From a virus (Duplodnaviria > Heunggongvirae > Uroviricota > Caudoviricetes): a stretch of 64,000 nt of DNA. Both the position numbers and the translations under genes were made by a program. The stretch lies in the IMG/VR virus record IMGVR_UViG_3300047320_000132, positions 3,101 to 67,100 of that record; one strand, written 5' to 3'. Below are positions 47,594 through 57,831 of the stretch, one piece after another. The notes under the pieces were generated by a model. That model made no database searches and was not told the DNA's origin. It saw only the letters and a list, made by a program, of their open reading frames with translations. Numbering within the stretch: position 1 is the first letter of the stretch; every line of letters begins with the position of its first letter.

Positions 47594-48058
47594 ATGAAAC
47601 TTACAGAAAAAGGCATTGTCTTCGAATACCACGGAGATACTATTACGCGGCGATGGCCCTGGAGAAATCGTCAAGGGGCTAAGTATTCCAGCCAAGAATA
47701 CTCTCTGTATTTTAACGATTTCAATACGTACTGGAAGCATGTCGGCGCAGGACAGGCTGCATTGGTGAAGTCGGAAAACAAGCTGGAAGGTTTTTCGTAC
47801 ACTGAAATGCTTGGGCAGTGGGTTCGTTCCCGCTATGCCAATGAGACGATTGTGGTATTGAAAGACGTTAACGTAGAGGAAAGAGGCTTGTCATTCTGGG
47901 CGAAGATCCCGAAGGATAAACTGGAATATATTAAGAAGGACATTATAGTTCTTCGTTGTGGTAGTAAAGAAAACGCATGTGAAATCGTAGATTCGATTGA
48001 GTCTAGTTTTGCAGAAGCCTTTGCGTTTTCAGGCGGTATTTTGATTAATTACAATTAA
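47594..48058 (+). CDS. Hypothetical protein
   Basis: First gene of the operon with the helicase; TGGTACAAT upstream. Confidence 0.65.
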   Translation: MKLTEKGIVFEYHGDTITRRWPWRNRQGAKYSSQEYSLYFNDFNTYWKHVGAGQAALVKSENKLEGFSYTEMLGQWVRSRYANETIVVLKDVNVEERGLSFWAKIPKDKLEYIKKDIIVLRCGSKENACEIVDSIESSFAEAFAFSGGILINYN

Positions 48059-48349
48059 ATGAAAGGTTACGCTTTTTTGGATGCCGACTTCAAATTACAG
48101 TTCAGGCATAAAGAGTATATAGACTTAGATAATCCTTTTTTCTGGCAACAGAATAATGCTGAGATTCTACGTAAATGGGAATTTGATACTGAAAACATCG
48201 AGTCTATGCATTATATGTTCAGACAACTTCGTGATATTTTCAGAGGTAGTAAATTAAGTCAACAGACTATCAAGGATTTTTGTGTAATGGTTAACTTCGA
48301 TATTAAAGTCTTAAAAGATGCGTATAAAATTCAACCAGAACAAGACTAA
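48059..48349 (+). CDS. Hypothetical protein
   Basis: Coupled ORF. Confidence 0.6.
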   Translation: MKGYAFLDADFKLQFRHKEYIDLDNPFFWQQNNAEILRKWEFDTENIESMHYMFRQLRDIFRGSKLSQQTIKDFCVMVNFDIKVLKDAYKIQPEQD

Positions 48350-50120
48350 AGTCTACTTCATCAATGATGATGCCAAGGAATACAAGTTCCTTATGAATTA
48401 CCCGGCCTTTCTTCGTGAAGGGCCTTATTTTTTCGTACCCTCTAAATGGGCTGTGGTCCGTAATGTCTTTATGCGTCTACGCAATGATATGGCCAAGTCA
48501 ACCAAGTGGGCAATAGATAAAGACGTTCACGAGTTTATTAATGAAAAACCAAAACTTAGAGAAATTCCTGAATCATTTCGGTTCTTTACTGAGCCAATGG
48601 ATTTTCAGCGTATAGCTTTACGCTTTTTGTATACTGTGGGTAGTGGTGGTATTCTTCTCGACCCTGGAATGGGGAAATCGAAAGTAACGCTAGATTACAT
48701 TGCGTTAATGGCATTTAAGAAGGTCATTATAGTTTGTCCTAAACCCTTGCTATTCGTTTGGGAAGATGAAATCGGTATTCATCGACCAGACCTTAATTTT
48801 TACACAGTTAAAACAACTGATTGGGAAAAAGAGAAAGAGGGTATTCTCTCTAAACAGGTAACGATCATTAACTACAACAAGGCGATTACTTTTGCAAGCG
48901 AATTGGCAAGTATCGGATACGATTATATTCACCTTGACGAGTTTCTGATTAAAGATCCTAAGACTGAACGTACTAAAGAATTAACCAAACTATCCAAAAC
49001 TATTCCCTATCGTTCTGGTGGTTCTGGTACGTTGATTAATAACAGTATTATGGATGTGTATTGTCCCGTACGCTTCCTTGAACCTTCACTGGTCGGTGGT
49101 AATTATTCACACTTTCTAGATAGGCATGCAGTGAAGGTTGCTGTTAAACGTGGCGAAGATTCATCAGTTAGGGCTATCGTAGCATTTAAAGGAATGGATA
49201 TTGCAAGGTCTATCCTTGAATCATGCTCTATTGTAATGACGAAAGAAGAATGGCTTAAAGGGAAGATTCCTGAAAAGCAATTTCACGATGTATACGTATC
49301 TCCTTCACCGGAACAAAAAGAAGTCTATGATTCGTTGATGCGAAACTATATCGCTGAATTTAAAGGTGAGTTTATCGAAATCGATAATCCACTTGTCATG
49401 CTTAGTAAGCTATATCAAGTTTCAAACGGATTTCTTTATAAAGCGGATAAAGATGAAACCGAAATGAAGAATGGCGATGCTATGGCCGTTAACGATATGG
49501 ATGAACTGTTACAAGACAATCCTCGTAAACGCAGACCAAAGCGTAAAACGTTGTTCTTCGAAGAGCAGCCTAAAGTTGAAGCGTTGAGACAGATTGTATG
49601 CGATAAAATCCCAGAGCGTAAGGCGATTATCTGGTTCAATATGTCAGCCGAGCTTGAACTGATTGAGGCTATGTTAATTAAAGAGAATAAATCATATGAG
49701 GTTATTAAAGGCGGCGAAGCAAATATTGGCAAAAAGGTTCGCAGGTTTAATGCTGATCCTTCAATTCAGTATCTGGTATGTCAAGCCAAGGCTGTCAACT
49801 ATGGAATTACAGTACTTGGAACGACAGTTGAAAAACTCGAAGAAGAAGATAATGAATTTGAAATAATGCCGAATATCAATCCGGAAGTTCATACTGAAAT
49901 TTTCTATAGTATGAATTTCAGTCTTGAAGTATACCTGCAACAACAAGATAGAATTCACCGTATTGGTCAGAAGCACGTATGTGATTATTATCGGATATTC
50001 CTGAATACGTCTATTGAGCACCAGATCAGAAAAGCTGCTATCGATAAAATGAGTATCCGTGAAGAGATGCTCGTGGACTTCGCCCATAAACTTAGAGAAA
50101 CAGACTCTAATTTGGTATAA
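48318..50120 (+). CDS. SNF2-like SF2 helicase
   Basis: LDPGMGKS, LDE, SGT, QQQDRIHRIGQ. Confidence 0.88.
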   Translation: MRIKFNQNKTKVYFINDDAKEYKFLMNYPAFLREGPYFFVPSKWAVVRNVFMRLRNDMAKSTKWAIDKDVHEFINEKPKLREIPESFRFFTEPMDFQRIALRFLYTVGSGGILLDPGMGKSKVTLDYIALMAFKKVIIVCPKPLLFVWEDEIGIHRPDLNFYTVKTTDWEKEKEGILSKQVTIINYNKAITFASELASIGYDYIHLDEFLIKDPKTERTKELTKLSKTIPYRSGGSGTLINNSIMDVYCPVRFLEPSLVGGNYSHFLDRHAVKVAVKRGEDSSVRAIVAFKGMDIARSILESCSIVMTKEEWLKGKIPEKQFHDVYVSPSPEQKEVYDSLMRNYIAEFKGEFIEIDNPLVMLSKLYQVSNGFLYKADKDETEMKNGDAMAVNDMDELLQDNPRKRRPKRKTLFFEEQPKVEALRQIVCDKIPERKAIIWFNMSAELELIEAMLIKENKSYEVIKGGEANIGKKVRRFNADPSIQYLVCQAKAVNYGITVLGTTVEKLEEEDNEFEIMPNINPEVHTEIFYSMNFSLEVYLQQQDRIHRIGQKHVCDYYRIFLNTSIEHQIRKAAIDKMSIREEMLVDFAHKLRETDSNLV

Positions 50121-50163
50121 GAGTATTGGGTTAAACTGTAACTTTTTCGTCGAGTTGAAAGGA

Positions 50164-50442
50164 ATGTGGATTTGTAAGTTTTGTATTATGCGCTTGAACC
50201 GTGAAGTTCCTAAAAGCTTGACATTCCATGCGTGTCGTACGTGTCACAATCCTATGGTTGAATGCGCTGCGGAAGCAGAAGTTTTCAATATTGGACCCTC
50301 GAATTGGCATAAGTATGCTGAGGACAATAACCATTCTCTTAGCCCTAAGGAACTTCCGATTCCTGAAAATGGATTGTATCTCTGGCTTAGGCCAATAACT
50401 CAAACCAGTAACAAGACCGACTCAAAGGCTCAAAATGAATAA
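50164..50442 (+). CDS. Possible Zn-finger protein
   Basis: CKFC...CRTC; promoter 50113. Confidence 0.4.
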   Translation: MWICKFCIMRLNREVPKSLTFHACRTCHNPMVECAAEAEVFNIGPSNWHKYAEDNNHSLSPKELPIPENGLYLWLRPITQTSNKTDSKAQNE

Positions 50443-51076
50443 CGCAGAAGTGCAACACATCTTCAATCTCGGCTCGATCACCGAGGCAGTCGAAGCGGCC
50501 ATCAATGGCTGGATCGTGAAGAACCCGAACGCAACTTCGGAACAAATCCGTGAGAAGCGTGCGGACATCGCAACGAACATCACGGAGGCTCGGACCAAGG
50601 ACAAGTTCCTGAACTCCAAGGCCAATCGCACGGCTCGTCGTGCTCACATCGCAGAAGAAGTTGCGAAGCATGGCCTGGCATTTCTGACGGCCAAAGACCT
50701 GACTACGGTAGACGACATCTTCGTGATGCCGGAAGAAGCATACCGCAAGACCCCGCTGATTGCGGAGTTCTTCGAAGAGCTGATCAACTCGATCGGTTTG
50801 AAGAAGGACGTGGAGCGTGCTGTCACGTTCTGCTACAAGACGGAAGATATCGGCTACAGCCACACCGGCGTCAAGCTGTCGATGGCGTTCCAAAACCCGG
50901 CAGATGAGCCGGATGCATTGATTGCCCGGGAGTACGCACTGGCGCGTTTTCTGGAAGGCAAGATCGTCGAAGTCGCAGCACCGAACCTCCTCCTGGAAAA
51001 GTTCGGGCTCAACAACTTCATCCGTGAATGTTTGAACACCGACATTCCGGTGCAGTACGCAGCAAAGCATCTGTAA
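50435..51076 (+). CDS. Hypothetical protein, GC-richer codon usage
   Basis: Long ORF with strongly biased codons. Confidence 0.75.
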   Translation: MNNAEVQHIFNLGSITEAVEAAINGWIVKNPNATSEQIREKRADIATNITEARTKDKFLNSKANRTARRAHIAEEVAKHGLAFLTAKDLTTVDDIFVMPEEAYRKTPLIAEFFEELINSIGLKKDVERAVTFCYKTEDIGYSHTGVKLSMAFQNPADEPDALIAREYALARFLEGKIVEVAAPNLLLEKFGLNNFIRECLNTDIPVQYAAKHL

Positions 51077-51204
51077 CAAAGTTTCGGGGGTGGGGAGACC
51101 AAAATCCCCTCCGGATTGCTCTATAGGACCGCCAAACTATAAGAGTGCAGTTTCCTTGGCACAAAACCAATCTCGTAGTTAAACGTTTGTTAAGGAGAAG
51201 TACC

Positions 51205-51717
51205 ATGAAACGCAATTTCATCGCTGCAGTTATCGCATCCCTGTTCGCAGCTTCGGCATTCGCTGGCAACGGCAATGACAACGGCAACAACGGTGTTTCG
51301 GGCTCGGCTTCGGTCGGGGGCCAGTACACCATCGGAACCGTGTCGGCAAGCATCGGTGCGAACAGCGTCACGTCGGGCAATGCAGTCTCGGCCACGAAGA
51401 CCTTCGGTCCGAATGCGTTCAGCACGCAATCGACCGTGTCGACGGGGAACGGTTCGGCAACGGCAGGCATCAACGTCACGCCGACGTCGGTGAACGCCAA
51501 CACGTCGCAAAACGCATCCACGAACGTGGTTTCGAAAAGCGATCAGTCGGCGCAACTGCCGACGCTGGATAACGCAGGTCTGCTGATCAACGGCACGGCT
51601 GGTGTGTCCCAAGTTATCAACAACGCTGCGGCTGGCGTCACGCAAACCATCGTCGGCCAGACCGGCCAAGCATCGATCGACGGTTCGATCGCTGTGCAAG
51701 GCATTCACGGCTTCTAA
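51205..51717 (+). CDS. Sec-secreted N/S/G/T/A-rich protein (beta-solenoid/amyloid-like)
   Basis: Signal peptide MKRNFIAAVIASLFAASAFA; aaggag SD. Confidence 0.75.
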   Translation: MKRNFIAAVIASLFAASAFAGNGNDNGNNGVSGSASVGGQYTIGTVSASIGANSVTSGNAVSATKTFGPNAFSTQSTVSTGNGSATAGINVTPTSVNANTSQNASTNVVSKSDQSAQLPTLDNAGLLINGTAGVSQVINNAAAGVTQTIVGQTGQASIDGSIAVQGIHGF

Positions 51718-51799
51718 GCCGAAGTAGTAAAAGGTAAAACGGGCTAGTCGGACCGGCTGGCCCGTTCCACAACAACAACGTAGTTCGGAGTAGTGAATC

Positions 51800-52501
51800 A
51801 TGAAAAGTTTGAATAAATTTGCTCTGGGCATTGCTCTGAGCTTGGTTGTTACCGGGGTGTTTGCACAGACCAACGTGAATGCCAGCACTACCAGCACGAA
51901 CAACGCAGCATCGCAAAGCACCTCTGCGAATCAGGGTGTTAACGCAATCAACAACTTCAACACGACGACTCCGTCGGACACAACGTTGCATGAACACATC
52001 AGCGGAATCACCGGCTCGAATCAGTCCATCGGTCTGAGCGGTTACGCCGGCTCGTTTTCCCCCAATTACTGCGGTGGTACAGCACAAGCGGGGGTGAGCG
52101 CCCCGTACGTTACCATCGCTGCAGGTAAGCCCGTTCTCGGCGAGCCTGGAGTAGCTTGCGTTCTCGAAGTTGCATCTGTTCATACGATGGAGTATTCGGC
52201 CACGTATGGTAATGCTGCTGCAAAAGCCGCACAGGCCGGTAACCCGGACCTCGCAAAGCAGTACGCTGAAATGTCTGGTAAGCTTGCAAACGCGGCTGTG
52301 AACATGCAGTGCAACGTTTCGGACATCGTCCGTAAGAGCATGCGTGATGCTGGCATCGACTGTCCTCTGTCGGATTCCGAGCGGGTGGCAAAGTCCGCAG
52401 CGGATGCAGAGCTGGTCAAGAAGGAAGTTGTAGCACGCGGCGAATCGCTCGATCCGTTCGTGCGTCGTCGTGAAGGTCTGCCTGTTCTGGCAGCGCAGTA
52501 A
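51800..52501 (+). CDS. Sec-secreted protein with N/S/T-rich N-terminus and Cys-containing domain
   Basis: Signal peptide ending GVFA-Q; SFSPNYCGGTAQAGVS...C...C...C. Confidence 0.75.
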   Translation: MKSLNKFALGIALSLVVTGVFAQTNVNASTTSTNNAASQSTSANQGVNAINNFNTTTPSDTTLHEHISGITGSNQSIGLSGYAGSFSPNYCGGTAQAGVSAPYVTIAAGKPVLGEPGVACVLEVASVHTMEYSATYGNAAAKAAQAGNPDLAKQYAEMSGKLANAAVNMQCNVSDIVRKSMRDAGIDCPLSDSERVAKSAADAELVKKEVVARGESLDPFVRRREGLPVLAAQ

Positions 52502-52581
52502 ACAGGGCGTGGGCAGAAACACATAGGAACTTCTGCCCTGTCTCTGCATTATAAAATATCATACTTGTCAAAGGATCTATC

Positions 52582-52932
52582 ATGAACATTCTGAACCTGT
52601 TTACGCGTAAGAGCGCTCTGATTGAAAACGGCGCTGTTGTGACAAAAGAGTTTGTTCCGACTCTTCCGCTGGACATTTATCAAGATCTCCCGGCCATGCC
52701 TTCCGGCAACATCGGCCCGAACGGCGAAGCTCTGTACAGGATGATCGCCGACGCATATCCTGAAGGCGTTCTGTATCCCCACGCCAAAGAAAATCGTATC
52801 AAGTTGTATCGGTCGATTTACTTTCTCCGCACGCAAAGCTCGGAGCCGTGGGTGTATGACAAGGTCGTCGCCAATGAACCGAAAGTATTCTTGTTGCATC
52901 GTGTTGCTAAAAAACAACAATTGCTGCACTGA
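52582..52932 (+). CDS. Hypothetical protein
   Basis: aagga SD; followed by a terminator. Confidence 0.65.
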   Translation: MNILNLFTRKSALIENGAVVTKEFVPTLPLDIYQDLPAMPSGNIGPNGEALYRMIADAYPEGVLYPHAKENRIKLYRSIYFLRTQSSEPWVYDKVVANEPKVFLLHRVAKKQQLLH

Positions 52933-53020
52933 AGCAAATCGAATGGGTTAAACTCATTCAAAGGGCTCACGACGAAGGTCGTCGAGCCTTTTTTTATTTC
53001 ACTTAACGGAGGTTCATCCA

Positions 53021-53674
53021 ATGGCTTACATCCGACGATGGGTAGGTGTTGTTATCCTCGCACTAGCAGTACCGGTGCTACTCTCGGCGTGCGGCTCACA
53101 AGAAGTCAAACTTGATACACCAATCAATACGCCTGTTTTATCAACATCCCTTTCCACTCCAACCGACGTTCTCACAGTTTTTCAGCAGCAAAACTTCTCC
53201 CTGACTGGACTTGGTGAATTACCAGTTCAGATAGATCCGGAAGATCAGCACACTTTACGTTTGATCAAATTTGTTGCAAGTAGATTCAACAAGCCTGAAT
53301 CGCTTATTTCGAAAATCGTTTACGCAGCACAGAAATATGCTCGTCCAGATTTTCCGAGAACGGAAGACCTTCTCGCTATCATAGCGGTAGAGTCTACTTT
53401 CAACACCAATGCACATCACCGTGGATCTTGGGGATTGATGCAAATCGAGGCAAAGTCTCATCGTGATAAAACACGGGGAGAAGCTTTGACAAATATAGAC
53501 ACGAATATACGTGTCGGTTCTGACGTGCTCGCTGAGTACTATTCCATGACGGGGTCTTCCTCAAAGGCTGTCATGGCGTACAACGTCGGGATAGGAAGCT
53601 TCCTGAACGGTCGTAGACCTAGAGGGTACCTGACTAAGGTAAACCGTGAGCGGGAGGCTCTAAGGCACGTTTAA
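53021..53674 (+). CDS. Lytic transglycosylase (SLT) lipoprotein
   Basis: Lipobox LLSAC; IAVESTFN, WGLMQI, AYNVG. Confidence 0.85.
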   Translation: MAYIRRWVGVVILALAVPVLLSACGSQEVKLDTPINTPVLSTSLSTPTDVLTVFQQQNFSLTGLGELPVQIDPEDQHTLRLIKFVASRFNKPESLISKIVYAAQKYARPDFPRTEDLLAIIAVESTFNTNAHHRGSWGLMQIEAKSHRDKTRGEALTNIDTNIRVGSDVLAEYYSMTGSSSKAVMAYNVGIGSFLNGRRPRGYLTKVNREREALRHV

Positions 53675-53748
53675 AGCTCAATACGAGTACCTCTACTTGG
53701 TATAAGAGAATTGGGTATAACAATCTTTTTTGGAAGGGTGAGTTCCAA

Positions 53749-53982
53749 ATGAATATGATCAACATTGATGGTCGCCATATTATCGAACAAAACAAACATG
53801 CGAAGTTTGATTCTCGCATGCGTGCAGCGTTCCTGATCGCAGCTCTAGCTTTGACGGGCTACGTGGCAAACCTCTACAACAACCATCTGAGCCTTCCGGA
53901 AAAAGCCGTGTGTGCGGACACGGTTTCCCACCAGAAGTCAGACGATCGCTACTCTGCGTATTACGTCGAGTGCCATCGGTAG
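53749..53982 (+). CDS. Small membrane protein
   Basis: Promoter 53698; AFLIAALALTGYVA. Confidence 0.55.
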   Translation: MNMINIDGRHIIEQNKHAKFDSRMRAAFLIAALALTGYVANLYNNHLSLPEKAVCADTVSHQKSDDRYSAYYVECHR

Positions 53983-53999
53983 TCAGTCAGGAGACTGAA

Positions 54000-54146
54000 A
54001 TGATAACGTTTTTCCTTAAAGCGATAATAATCATGTTTTTTGTGATTATCGTCGTCGTGATCTGTGCGTCGATGGTAGTTTCTGCAATCGCCGGTATGTT
54101 CGCCGGTATCTTCGGAAAGAAAGACAAAGACTGCAATAAGTGCTAA
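54000..54146 (+). CDS. Small hydrophobic membrane protein
   Basis: aggag SD; MITFFLKAIIIMFFVIIVVV. Confidence 0.55.
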   Translation: MITFFLKAIIIMFFVIIVVVICASMVVSAIAGMFAGIFGKKDKDCNKC

Positions 54147-54234
54147 AGAGACGCTCCGAAGTTCGGGGCGTTTTTTTATCCAGGCTCTTTTTTTAGCTTA
54201 ATAACGAAGTATAGGCTAACCTGGAGATCAAGAG

Positions 54235-54561
54235 ATGGACAAAGTTAAAAGCCCGAAGTACAATAAAATGCCTAGTCAAGTCAGGGTGTTAGGCAAAGTT
54301 TTCAAAATCGTCAAAATGAAGGACGACGAATATGAGGACGCAGATGGTCTTTGTAAAACTGCTGCACAAGAACTACACGTAAGAGAACAGCCTGCGTTGG
54401 CATATAGGCAGGACACTCTCCTACATGAAACCATTCATGCTATAGATGAAACGTTATTTCTTAAAATGACGGAACGACAAGTAAGCAATCTTGCGAGTGT
54501 ACTGTTGGGAGTTTTAAAAGACAATCCTGAATTCACAAAATGGATTTTGCAAGATGAATAA
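54235..54561 (+). CDS. Zn metallopeptidase-like (HExxH) protein
   Basis: TLLHETIHAID. Confidence 0.7.
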   Translation: MDKVKSPKYNKMPSQVRVLGKVFKIVKMKDDEYEDADGLCKTAAQELHVREQPALAYRQDTLLHETIHAIDETLFLKMTERQVSNLASVLLGVLKDNPEFTKWILQDE

Positions 54562-55228
54562 CGAAACTAACAATAGACCAGAAATTTGGTTCATACACGG
54601 TGCTAATGCCACGCCACTATCATTTACTCATATTCAAGCCAGTCTGAAGTTGGACGAACGGTTTGAAGGCATGAAGTTTGTAAATGTACGATACGATTGT
54701 CAAGATCCTATCTCCACAACCACAGAAATTATCGCAGAAAATCTCCCTGATAATACGCCTATCTATTTAGTAGGTCACAGTCTAGGCGGTGTACTGGCCG
54801 TAGCTGTGTCTCAACGAGTAAAACACTTTGCTCTTAGCAAGGATATCAGATGTGTAGTCACACTTTCTTCCCCGCTCGGTGGATGTGAAGGCGCTGATTA
54901 TCTGCAATGGATGTTTCCTCATTATCATCTCTTCAAAAATATCTCCACGAAGAATCGAGTAATCAATGATCTCCGTTCCGCAGGTGCAGTAGTCCCTACG
55001 CTTAACTTCGTTACCACTTCCGGTAACAACCCTATTTATCCAGAAGCTAACGACGGTGTTGTAACTGTTAATTCTCAACGTGCATTGAGAGGAGCTAAGA
55101 AGATGGAAGCCCCTTTTAATCATTTCGAAGTTTTGCTAAGCGAGGATATTGCCACTCATATCAAGAATGCAATCTCAAATCCAGAGGCTTTCTTCGGGGT
55201 TCAATTTGATCTCAAGGAAGCTGATTAA
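54554..55228 (+). CDS. Alpha/beta hydrolase (lipase/esterase-like)
   Basis: HGAN, GHSLGG, NDGVV, HFE. Confidence 0.85.
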   Translation: MNNETNNRPEIWFIHGANATPLSFTHIQASLKLDERFEGMKFVNVRYDCQDPISTTTEIIAENLPDNTPIYLVGHSLGGVLAVAVSQRVKHFALSKDIRCVVTLSSPLGGCEGADYLQWMFPHYHLFKNISTKNRVINDLRSAGAVVPTLNFVTTSGNNPIYPEANDGVVTVNSQRALRGAKKMEAPFNHFEVLLSEDIATHIKNAISNPEAFFGVQFDLKEAD

Positions 55229-55320
55229 TTTGGTATAAGCATCTTGTAGTAAAACACTCATATCGAAAGCCACTTGGCAAGGAAGTCTTAGTAGTATAAG
55301 CTGTTGTTTTTGAGGTAGTT

Positions 55321-55827
55321 ATGGAAGAGATTCACAAGTTGACATCCCGAGGTCTCGAAGAGTACCTCTCTAATGAAAAGTATGTTCAGGCTGAAGATCT
55401 GATCTCAGCTTGTAACGTTAATATCATCGGTTCTGTTTCAGGCGTATTGATTTCTATGTACGAAGTCCGTGGAACGTCTGAAACCCCAGATGAAAGCAGC
55501 ATTCGGAGTGATTTACAGATTATTGTTGAGCACATCGGCATTCTAGCTCACTGCCTTGATGTTGAGCTTCCAGAGTACGATGAACTACAGGAATACTTTG
55601 AAGAAGAAATAAGCGTTGCATTAAGAATGGATGTAACTCTAGCATGCACGAATCTCCTTTACATTAGTTCGAATATCGTACTGGAGTATTTCGCATCGGG
55701 ATTTGATGAAGACAATCCTTTAGATATGGACTTACTAGATGTTGGATTCAGAGATATGCTCGGCTCGGTTATGGGTATTTGCAGTCGTCTCAAATATGAC
55801 TTTACAGATGTAATTGTCCGAGGTTAA
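55321..55827 (+). CDS. Acidic helical hypothetical protein
   Basis: Promoter 55231; gagg SD. Confidence 0.65.
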   Translation: MEEIHKLTSRGLEEYLSNEKYVQAEDLISACNVNIIGSVSGVLISMYEVRGTSETPDESSIRSDLQIIVEHIGILAHCLDVELPEYDELQEYFEEEISVALRMDVTLACTNLLYISSNIVLEYFASGFDEDNPLDMDLLDVGFRDMLGSVMGICSRLKYDFTDVIVRG

Positions 55828-55858
55828 TTTAGACTTCGGTTTTTGGTATAAGAGAATT

Positions 55859-55968
55859 GAGAAAGACCACTGTCAGGCATTAGGATTCTAGGCACTCACC
55901 CTGCCTTCTCTTAATCGTTGATGTCCACGTAGGCCGCATAACCTCGTGCGCAGATGGCGGTCTTTCTC
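55859..55968 (+). ncRNA. Candidate structured RNA/leader (three-way junction)
   Basis: GAGAAAGACC (55859-68) is the exact reverse complement of GGTCTTTCTC (55959-68); two internal stems; starts about 6 nt after TGGTATAAG. Confidence 0.5.
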
Positions 55969-55997
55969 CTTAATCTCATTAATTCGGTGAAACAGCC

Positions 55998-57623
55998 ATG
56001 CAGGAAAATCAAAGCGATATCCTTTCTTTTTTCCCTCTCAAAACTCCGAGATCAAATCAGAAAGCCGTTCTGCTAGAAGTAGATAACGCATTTAAAGAGG
56101 GTAAGAAGTTCATTATCCTTGAAGCCCCGGTTGGTTCAGGTAAATCCCCTGTAGCCATGACCTTCGCAAGAAAGTTTAGGGACTCTCACATCCTAACTCC
56201 GCAGAAATCTCTGCAAAATCAATACTACGAAGACTTCGAAGAAGACTCTGTCCTGATGAAAGGACGGAATGCTTATCCGTGTACTCGTGGTCGTGGTAAA
56301 CGTATTTATTTGAAGGTTATTAGCGACATTCATAAAGGTCAGGTCAAACAGCCTGCCCGGGGTGAAGATAGCTGTACAACGGCTCCGTGTCGTAATAGTC
56401 AGACTGTGTATAACCTTTGTGTAGAATCGCAAGGCGCTTGTCCGTATACTGCAGCAATTGAAACAGCTCAGCAGCATCACACGGTTATTCACAACATCCA
56501 TTCTTTTATCTTTCAGACAAATTTCAGTGGTAAGTTTGAAAAGCGAAAACTATTGGTTGTTGATGAAGCTCATTTGATTGAAGGCATTATCCGGGAATTC
56601 ATCACCAAGAAAATCACAGTCCGAGGCCTCGTTGAAGCTCTGGATATGCCTGAGGAAGTCAGTGTTGATGCCTGGTGTGATTTATTTGAATCAGAGCGAT
56701 TCCTTCCGGCAATTACGGCTTCAGAAAAAGCGTTGAAGGAAGTAGACGAAACCTACGTAACTGAACAGGATAAGTATCTCGAACAGATTCTAACGTTTCG
56801 TGAAAAGGCTGACTATTACGGTCATGCATTTACTGTGCGTCGTATTCCGAATTACGTAGGTGAGCGTTGTATCAACACCACGTTTGAGTTCATCCCGCAT
56901 AGTGTAGGTAATGCTCCGACGAATCTGATCTTTAACTTTGGTGAACACGTCTTGTTGATGTCAGGTACGATTTACGACAAGACCATGTTCTGTAAAAGCA
57001 TTGGTATTAACCCGGATGATGCATACTTTATCCGTGTTCCGTCGACGTTCCCGTTAAAGACTCGTCCAATTTATTTGAAGCCTGAATATCAGGTCGATAC
57101 TTCGTTTGCAAACTGGGATAGTAACTTCAAGGATATGATTGCGAAAATCAGCAAGATCCTGAAAATCTTCCATGACGTTAAAGGGTTAATCCATGTTCCG
57201 TCCTACCAAGCAGCTGAAGAAATTGCTAGTTGGTTACCGCCCGACCGTGTCATCTGGCATGACAAAACTAATGCGCAAGAGAAACTGCAGGAGTTCTATA
57301 GCTCTACCGAACCTAAGGTCTTTTTATCTCCTGTCTGTCAACAAGGAGTGGACTTCAAGTACGACCGTGCGAGGTTCCAGATCGTACTACGTATCCCGTA
57401 CTTGAACACGTCTGACGAGTATGTGAAGCATGTTGTAGAGAATGATTTTCCGAAGTATAATTATTGGGCTCTACTTACCTTCGGCCAACAGATCGGTCGG
57501 GTTAACCGGGCAGAGGACGACTTTGGGGTAACGTTTCTGATGGACTCTCGTTTCAACAAGTTTATCCAGAAGAATTCAGCGAAGCTTCCGAAGTGGCTTA
57601 AAGACGCATTCATTTACAAGTAG
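55998..57623 (+). CDS. DinG/XPD-family helicase (Fe-S type)
   Basis: EAPVGSGKS, four Cys, DEAH, LLMSGT, QGVDF, QQIGRVNR. Confidence 0.88.
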   Translation: MQENQSDILSFFPLKTPRSNQKAVLLEVDNAFKEGKKFIILEAPVGSGKSPVAMTFARKFRDSHILTPQKSLQNQYYEDFEEDSVLMKGRNAYPCTRGRGKRIYLKVISDIHKGQVKQPARGEDSCTTAPCRNSQTVYNLCVESQGACPYTAAIETAQQHHTVIHNIHSFIFQTNFSGKFEKRKLLVVDEAHLIEGIIREFITKKITVRGLVEALDMPEEVSVDAWCDLFESERFLPAITASEKALKEVDETYVTEQDKYLEQILTFREKADYYGHAFTVRRIPNYVGERCINTTFEFIPHSVGNAPTNLIFNFGEHVLLMSGTIYDKTMFCKSIGINPDDAYFIRVPSTFPLKTRPIYLKPEYQVDTSFANWDSNFKDMIAKISKILKIFHDVKGLIHVPSYQAAEEIASWLPPDRVIWHDKTNAQEKLQEFYSSTEPKVFLSPVCQQGVDFKYDRARFQIVLRIPYLNTSDEYVKHVVENDFPKYNYWALLTFGQQIGRVNRAEDDFGVTFLMDSRFNKFIQKNSAKLPKWLKDAFIYK

Positions 57624-57628
57624 GAACT

Positions 57629-57829
57629 ATGTTTTTCCACATCAACGAAAAGACGCTTAAAGATATTATCGAACAGCAGAAGAAGCGAGAAGAAGCTGCT
57701 GCTAATGCTGAACCGGTAATTGAATATGACGGTCATAAACTTACGTTTGTTGATTTGGCTGACGGATCCGTTATCGTGGATTCTAATCCTCCGCTTGTAA
57801 AAGAATTAAAGGAAAATACAAGCGAGTAG
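57629..57829 (+). CDS. Hypothetical protein
   Basis: agga SD. Confidence 0.55.
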   Translation: MFFHINEKTLKDIIEQQKKREEAAANAEPVIEYDGHKLTFVDLADGSVIVDSNPPLVKELKENTSE

Positions 57830-57831
57830 GT

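Noticed and set aside
50387-52549. Long minus-strand ORFs (230, 243 and 303 aa)
   Set aside because: Shadows of GC-richer plus-strand genes that have SDs and signal peptides
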